Source of the DNA: a virus
Taxonomy: Duplodnaviria > Caudoviricetes
Direction: 5' to 3' (one strand)
Length of the DNA stretch: 39,962 nt
IMG/VR virus record: IMGVR_UViG_3300031452_000172
Location: 1 to 39,962 of that record
Positions 34,895 through 39,962 of the stretch are shown here, in pieces. The position numbers and the translations under genes are program-made. A model generated the notes under the pieces. That model did no database searches. It saw only the letters and a program-made list of their open reading frames with translations, and was not told the DNA's origin. Every line of letters begins with the position of its first letter. Within the stretch, counting starts at the first letter, position 1.

Positions 34895-35447
34895 CAACAC
34901 CCGTGATTCGGCGACCGGCGTATCCGTCTCAATCTCGCGAGCTCGCTTCATGGCGGCCGACGACACCAAGATGATGCAGGAAGCCCAGGTCCAGGTCTTC
35001 CACGACGAGGTGCATGACGGGATCGAGAGATGGCAGGCCTACGGCCATAGCGCGGTCCCCCTCCCGCCCGATCCGAACAGCCCAAAGTCGGCCGAAGCCA
35101 TCGTCGCCTACCTCGGCGGCAGCCGCTCCCATCCCGTCGTACTCGGCGTGGATGACCGCCGGCACCGGCCGAAAAACGGCAAGCCGGGCGAAGTGCTGCT
35201 CTACGACGATCAAGGCCAACAGGTTTACCTGACCCGGAACGGCATCGTTATCACGGGCGGCGGATCGAAGCTGCCGGTCACGGTCGTGGTGAACAACACC
35301 AAGGTCGTGGTGGCGGACAAGAAGATCACCATCGATCCTGACGATGGCGGCCAGGTTATCCTTGGCGGCGACGGCAAGCGGGGCAGCTACGCACCTGTGC
35401 AGACGACGGCCGGGCCATCCACGTCAGTGATCGCACGGTATGCGTGA
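34887..35447 (+). CDS. Baseplate spike protein (Mu gp45-like)
   Basis: GGAGG RBS plus TTG; GGSRSHPVVLGVDDRRHRP...GEVLLYDDQG. Confidence 0.9.
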   Translation: MRSNTRDSATGVSVSISRARFMAADDTKMMQEAQVQVFHDEVHDGIERWQAYGHSAVPLPPDPNSPKSAEAIVAYLGGSRSHPVVLGVDDRRHRPKNGKPGEVLLYDDQGQQVYLTRNGIVITGGGSKLPVTVVVNNTKVVVADKKITIDPDDGGQVILGGDGKRGSYAPVQTTAGPSTSVIARYA

Positions 35448-35948
35448 TCAGTACGGATCACGATTCCCTGGCTGGTTCTCTTCGATTGGAGGGCAAGCGT
35501 TCTTAATAACGAAAAGGACATCGTTGACGATACCGTCAGGGCGCGACGGTCGATCAATCGCCAAGTGTTTGAAGCACAATCCTGAGCCATTTGTTTCTTT
35601 GAAGCAGATAGGTGCCTTTCCGTTTCCGTAAAAGACAACTTGAGCACCATAGATCTGGTAACCTCCTGTCAGATTATGAAAATCAATGGTGTATTGTCGG
35701 CTTGTAACACTCTGACCGGCAGCTATGCTGTAGACGCAATCGGCGTCCTTCCAAGCTTTGAGACGATAACGTTCCAAGAGAGCTGAGTCGGCGGATTGAA
35801 TGTCTATCGTCCCGCCTTGCTGCAGGTATGCTGCGAGGGTGATTGTCGCCGCAGTCATCAGCTTGCGGCCCATGTCTTCCTGTTGCGCCCACGTCGGCCC
35901 AGCGCCCATCAGCGCGCCAACCGCAACTGCCATCAGAACACGTTGCAT
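35448..35948 (-). CDS. Exported protein moron (166 aa, signal peptide)
   Basis: GGAGG RBS; MQRVLMAVAVGALMGAGPTWA followed by QQ; 4 Cys; AT-richer; antisense within the baseplate genes. Confidence 0.75.
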   Translation of the reverse strand: MQRVLMAVAVGALMGAGPTWAQQEDMGRKLMTAATITLAAYLQQGGTIDIQSADSALLERYRLKAWKDADCVYSIAAGQSVTSRQYTIDFHNLTGGYQIYGAQVVFYGNGKAPICFKETNGSGLCFKHLAIDRPSRPDGIVNDVLFVIKNACPPIEENQPGNRDPY

Positions 35949-36047
35949 CGCAGCCTCCCGAGGCGCTAAGCCTGCCACCGTTTTCTTGAAAATGGAAACG
36001 GGATCGGGTATCCGGTAGGCAGTTCCCGAACTGCATCCAACAATTCG

Positions 36048-36070
36048 AAGCCGTCCCTTTGGGCGGCTTT
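36048..36070 (+). terminator. Terminator-like hairpin between the moron and gp46
   Basis: AAGCCGTCC-CTTT-GGGCGGCTTT. Confidence 0.5.
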
Positions 36071-36124
36071 CGCGTTTCAGGACCGCCACATGCCGCATGC
36101 CTCAGCCAGACGGGGTCTCGGCTG

Positions 36125-36622
36125 ATGTCCGGTATCATCATCTCGCAAACCTTCACGGCGCCGTTCGTAGTCCGGCTCGGATGGATGTTCGGCACGGTCG
36201 ACGGCGATCCTCAGGACCATCGCCTCGCCAACGCGGTGATCATCGCCTTGAATACTGACCGACGCGCGCTGCCCGACGACAAGCTACCGCAACTGAACAG
36301 CACCGATCTCCGCGGCTGGTGGGGCGACACGGACGCGGCCAGGATCTGGGGTGGTTGGCCGATCGGCACGCGGTTTTGGCTGCTAAGCCGGGTCGCCATC
36401 ACGGACAGCAATGCGCGCGAAGGCGCCACGATTGAGCGGGCCAGGCGATACCTCCGCGAGGCGCTCGATCCTTTCGTGACGGCCAAGATCGCCACGAAAT
36501 ACGACCTCGACCTTCAACAAGTTGGGCGCGACCGCATCTCAGGCAAGCTCACGATCTACCGCGGGCCGAAGTCGGCAATCGCGCTGCAATTTGCCGATCT
36601 CTGGCGCGACTTCGGGGGCTGA
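36125..36622 (+). CDS. Baseplate protein (Mu gp46-like)
   Basis: AVIIALNTDRRA, RGWWGD, IGTRFWLLSR, ARRYLREAL. Confidence 0.92.
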   Translation: MSGIIISQTFTAPFVVRLGWMFGTVDGDPQDHRLANAVIIALNTDRRALPDDKLPQLNSTDLRGWWGDTDAARIWGGWPIGTRFWLLSRVAITDSNAREGATIERARRYLREALDPFVTAKIATKYDLDLQQVGRDRISGKLTIYRGPKSAIALQFADLWRDFGG

Positions 36623-36628
36623 TCCGGC

Positions 36629-37723
36629 ATGCCTTGGTCGACCCCGACGCTCCTCTCGGTGCGGCAGCAGAACCGCGACTACATCGCGGCTAAGCTCGGT
36701 GTCGCGATCCTGCCCAACGGCGAGGTCCGAGTCCTCGCTGACGCAAACGGCGGCAACGCCCACTTGAACCTCCAGTACCTCGATTGGCAGGCGCTGCAGT
36801 ACCTGCCCGACACGGCGGAACAGCAGTTCCTCGACAAGTGGGCGACGATCTACCTGGTCAACGCCAACGGTAGCCGCGGGCGTAAGTCGGCGACTTTCGC
36901 GGCCGGCGCAGCCACCATCAACGGCATGCCGGGCACGGTCTTTCCGGCCGGTTCGCAGCTGCTCTACGGCAACGTCGGTTTCGAGACGACGGCGGCCGTC
37001 ACAATTGGACCGGGGATCACGCCAGTTTCGATCCGGGCGCTCGATGCGGGCGCGGTGGGCAACCTCGCGCCTGGTGCAACCCTCGCCATCGCGGTTGCGG
37101 TCGCGGGTGTCTTCGGGACCGGCGGCGCTACTGTCGTCTCTCTGACCGGCGGCGCCGATGAAGAGACCGACGACGAACTTCGCGTCCGTGTCCTACAACG
37201 GATCCGCCAACCGCCGATGGGAGGCGATGCCGACGACTACGTGGCTTGGGCACTGGAGGTTGCCGGCGTAACACGCGCCTGGTGCTCGCCGCTTGAGATG
37301 GGGCTTGGCACCGTCACGGTGCGCTTCATGTGCGACGATCTCCGCGCGGGGCAGGGGGGCTTCCCGCTTCCCGTCGACGTCGCGGCCGTGCAGGCCTACC
37401 TCAACAGCGTCCGTCCGGTCACGGCCGACGTCTTCGCGCTCGCACCGCTCGCACAGCCGGTCAGTTTCTCGGTTAAGGCCCTCGCGGGTGATTCGCTCGC
37501 GCTCCGGGGGGCTATCGCGGTCCGGGTCGCCGCCATGCTGGCCCGGAAGGCAGCACCGGCGTCGCAGATCAACGGAATAGGCATTCCGGCCGTAAACATC
37601 CCGTCGGCCTGGGTCAACGACGCGATCTATGCGGCCGTGGGTGGCGTATCCTACGACCTCGTCATGACCGACGCCATCATGGCCAACGCAGGTAGCCTCG
37701 CGGTCCTCGGGTCCATCGGTTGA
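36629..37723 (+). CDS. Baseplate J-like protein (Mu gp47)
   Basis: LPDTAE..FLDKWA, GGADEETDDELRVR, DYVAWALEVAGVTRAW. Confidence 0.95.
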   Translation: MPWSTPTLLSVRQQNRDYIAAKLGVAILPNGEVRVLADANGGNAHLNLQYLDWQALQYLPDTAEQQFLDKWATIYLVNANGSRGRKSATFAAGAATINGMPGTVFPAGSQLLYGNVGFETTAAVTIGPGITPVSIRALDAGAVGNLAPGATLAIAVAVAGVFGTGGATVVSLTGGADEETDDELRVRVLQRIRQPPMGGDADDYVAWALEVAGVTRAWCSPLEMGLGTVTVRFMCDDLRAGQGGFPLPVDVAAVQAYLNSVRPVTADVFALAPLAQPVSFSVKALAGDSLALRGAIAVRVAAMLARKAAPASQINGIGIPAVNIPSAWVNDAIYAAVGGVSYDLVMTDAIMANAGSLAVLGSIG

Positions 37724-38349
37724 TGGTCGACACCTGGGTCCAGCGAACCGCGCCGGAATTCGCGCAGGTCATCGCGGATGATCTGCCGACGGGCACCGCT
37801 TGGCCGCGTGACGTCGACGGCGAGTTGATGACTTGGTGCGACGGGAACGCACAGATCTGGGGCGATGTCGCGGCCCGCGCGGCCGCGCTGCTTACGGTCG
37901 AGAGCGACCCCCGTTTTACCTACGAAATGCTGCCGGACTGGGAGCGGGCTTTCGGCCTGCCCGATCCCTGTGTCAAGCGCACGCTGACGCTACCGGAACG
38001 CCGTCAGGCCCTGGTAAACAAGCTGACCACGCTCGGCGGGCAGTCTCGCGCCTTCTTCATCGGGGTCGCAGCCTCGCTGGGCTATACAATTACAATCCGC
38101 GAGTTTCAGCCCTTTCAGTTCGGCCTGTCATCATTCGGTGGCTCGCGCGGCAAATTCTTCCTCCCCAACTCGCGTTTTTATTGGCGGGTCACTGTAACGG
38201 GGCCGCGTCTCACGCGCTTCAACTTCAGCACGTCGAGTTTTGGCCGAGACAGCTTCCTAGAAATCATCAAGGCCGTCGACCTGCAGTGCGTCTTCACGCG
38301 CTGGAAGCCGGCCCACACCGTCGTCCTCTTCAACTATCTCGGGGTCTGA
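37723..38349 (+). CDS. Baseplate wedge protein (Mu gp48/YmfQ, DUF2313-like)
   Basis: LPTGTAWPR, EMLPDWERAFGLPD, GGQSRAFFI, KPAHT. Confidence 0.92.
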   Translation: MVDTWVQRTAPEFAQVIADDLPTGTAWPRDVDGELMTWCDGNAQIWGDVAARAAALLTVESDPRFTYEMLPDWERAFGLPDPCVKRTLTLPERRQALVNKLTTLGGQSRAFFIGVAASLGYTITIREFQPFQFGLSSFGGSRGKFFLPNSRFYWRVTVTGPRLTRFNFSTSSFGRDSFLEIIKAVDLQCVFTRWKPAHTVVLFNYLGV

Positions 38350-38352
38350 GCC

Positions 38353-39546
38353 TTGCAACTGCATTATCCACTCAATCCCACTACGGGCGTCGAGGACCAG
38401 ACGCAGCTCCCATGGACGAACGGCGTTCCACAGACTGGGCAGGAAGGCTCCTATCCGCCTTTCGCGCTCTGCACCGAACCGATGTACGAGATCGTCAATG
38501 TGCTCGTGCAGGCCGGCATCATTCCATCGTCGTCGGACCCCTACCAACTCACCCGTGCCATCCGCGGCGGGCAGCTCGATTTTGCGGTGGCGACGGGCAC
38601 GCTCGATGCAATCGTCGCGACCGTTGGCCTCGCCCACCTTGCCCTAAGGGCGGGTTTGCCTTTCACCGTGACGGTGCCGGGAGGTGTGGCGAATTCGACC
38701 ACCACTCCAACGCTGACCATTACTGGTCCGGGTGGGGCAGGCCCGGTGACAGGGCCGATTCGCAAGACGACGGGTGCCAATGTCGCCATCGGCGACCTGC
38801 CCCCCAACGCGTTCCTGACGTTCCGTTCGGACGGAGTAGGCTTCCGCCTGCTTTCGGTGGTACTCGCGTCCGACGTTCTTGCATTGATTCAAAGCAGTCC
38901 CGCAATCCAGTCGGCAATCGGCGTCATCGGTCGGTCGCAGGTCTTCACGGCATCGGGAACCTTCAACCCTCCCGCCGGCGTGACGCAAGTCGAAGTCGAA
39001 CTCATCGGCGGCGGCGCCGCTGGCGGTGCTTCGAGTAACACTACGGCGGGCGGTGGCATCCTCGGAAACCCCGGCGGCGGAGGTGGTGGTGGCGGCTACT
39101 GCTACGGACGCATCAATCTCACCTCTTCGGGAGGCGTCCCGGTCACGATCGGAGCCGGGGGCCTCGCGACGGCAAACGCTGGCGGGGGCAACGGTGGCTT
39201 ATCTTCGTTCAGCAGTTATTGTTCTGCCGGAGGTGGCTTTGGCGGTCCCTTCGGGTCAGGAACCATCGCCTTCGGTGGCGCGGGCGGTGCCGCAACAGGC
39301 GGCTTGCTCAATCTACCCGGTGGGCAAGGCGGCGCGTCCGGCACCAATTCATCGACCGTCACGAACAGCAACCTCTACGTGATCTTCGCACGTGGTGGTC
39401 AGGCCCCGCGCGGCCTCGGCTCGATCGACCTCTGCAACACGGGTGGTGCGGGCGTCGGGTACGGCAACGGCGGCTCGGGCGCGTCGGGCGGCTCCGGTCT
39501 CGCGGGCGGCAACGGCGCGCCCGGTATCTGCATCGTGAGGTGGTGA
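38353..39546 (+). CDS. Tail fibre protein with Gly-rich C-terminal domain
   Basis: EIVNVLVQAGI...QLTRAI N-terminal anchor; FTASGTFNPPAGVT..VELIGGG...GAPGICIVRW. Confidence 0.85.
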   Translation: MQLHYPLNPTTGVEDQTQLPWTNGVPQTGQEGSYPPFALCTEPMYEIVNVLVQAGIIPSSSDPYQLTRAIRGGQLDFAVATGTLDAIVATVGLAHLALRAGLPFTVTVPGGVANSTTTPTLTITGPGGAGPVTGPIRKTTGANVAIGDLPPNAFLTFRSDGVGFRLLSVVLASDVLALIQSSPAIQSAIGVIGRSQVFTASGTFNPPAGVTQVEVELIGGGAAGGASSNTTAGGGILGNPGGGGGGGGYCYGRINLTSSGGVPVTIGAGGLATANAGGGNGGLSSFSSYCSAGGGFGGPFGSGTIAFGGAGGAATGGLLNLPGGQGGASGTNSSTVTNSNLYVIFARGGQAPRGLGSIDLCNTGGAGVGYGNGGSGASGGSGLAGGNGAPGICIVRW

Positions 39547-39551
39547 GCACT

Positions 39552-39962
39552 ATGGCCGACACTAATCCTATCGCGTTCCGATACGTCGACGGCATCGTGG
39601 TCGAGTTGATCGCCCCGCATCCGGACGGATTCTCCCTCGAAGAATGTTTTCCGGCCGAGCTTGGCGTCCTGCCGATTCCGGCTGGCGCCTCGCCCGCATT
39701 GGGCATGACGTGGGACGGCAAAGTCTTCGGGCCGATCCCGCCTGCGCCTCCGCAGGTTCCCGCACCCCGCTCCGCCACGGTCAGCGCGCTCCTTGACGCC
39801 CTGTCGACCGCGCAGCGCGCAACGATCACGCCCGATCACATGAGTCGATTGGTGGCCCGCGCCGCAGTCGGAGACGTCGTGGTGACCGATCCCAAGGTCA
39901 AGCGCGCCGCTGATGATCTGAGCATCGCGCCGGACGCGTGGTTCACGCTGGCGGGCGTATGA
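39552..39962 (+). CDS. Tail-fibre-associated (assembly-like) protein
   Basis: 136 aa after the fibre gene; VDGIVVELI...GMTWDGKVF.P motif. Confidence 0.6.
   Translation: MADTNPIAFRYVDGIVVELIAPHPDGFSLEECFPAELGVLPIPAGASPALGMTWDGKVFGPIPPAPPQVPAPRSATVSALLDALSTAQRATITPDHMSRLVARAAVGDVVVTDPKVKRAADDLSIAPDAWFTLAGV

Larger units (their letters stand above)
1..39962. mobile_element. Temperate prophage with lambda-like head and Mu-like contractile tail; extends beyond the right edge
   Basis: Continuous order of integrase, xis, cI/cro, replication, terminase, portal, capsid, sheath, tube, tape measure, baseplate and fibre genes; no host housekeeping operon in the window. Confidence 0.97.

Noticed and set aside
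38353-39962. Diversity-generating retroelement or invertible tail-fibre cassette
   Set aside because: No reverse transcriptase, invertase or template/variable repeat pair within the window.

Overview
The window is almost entirely one temperate prophage from a GC-rich host. The host is probably an alphaproteobacterium, inferred from the RpoH-type sigma factor and the gene families present. From left to right: tyrosine integrase and excisionase, a leftward early operon, a cI/cro switch with three 17-bp operator-like sites, a PriCT-Toprim-SF3 primase-helicase followed by an origin-like repeat region, and a Q-like late regulator. Next come an accessory block (13.2-16.2 kb), a lambda-like cos/terminase/portal/ClpP-capsid head module, and a Mu-like contractile tail ending in the tail fibre genes. 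Lysis genes and att sites are not visible. The standout signal is in the accessory block. A stand-alone 196-aa RAMP/Cas7-like gene (13217-13807) is followed directly by two non-coding arrays of 5-nt units (conserved A-S-C triplet plus variable NN) and a Zn-ribbon partner gene. A third array of the same grammar lies in the leader of a phage-borne RpoH-like sigma factor. This looks like a minimal, CRISPR-free, RNA-guided RAMP system, resembling the VIPR type as I recall it but with a variant repeat motif. All product calls come from recognising motifs by eye; no database search was run.
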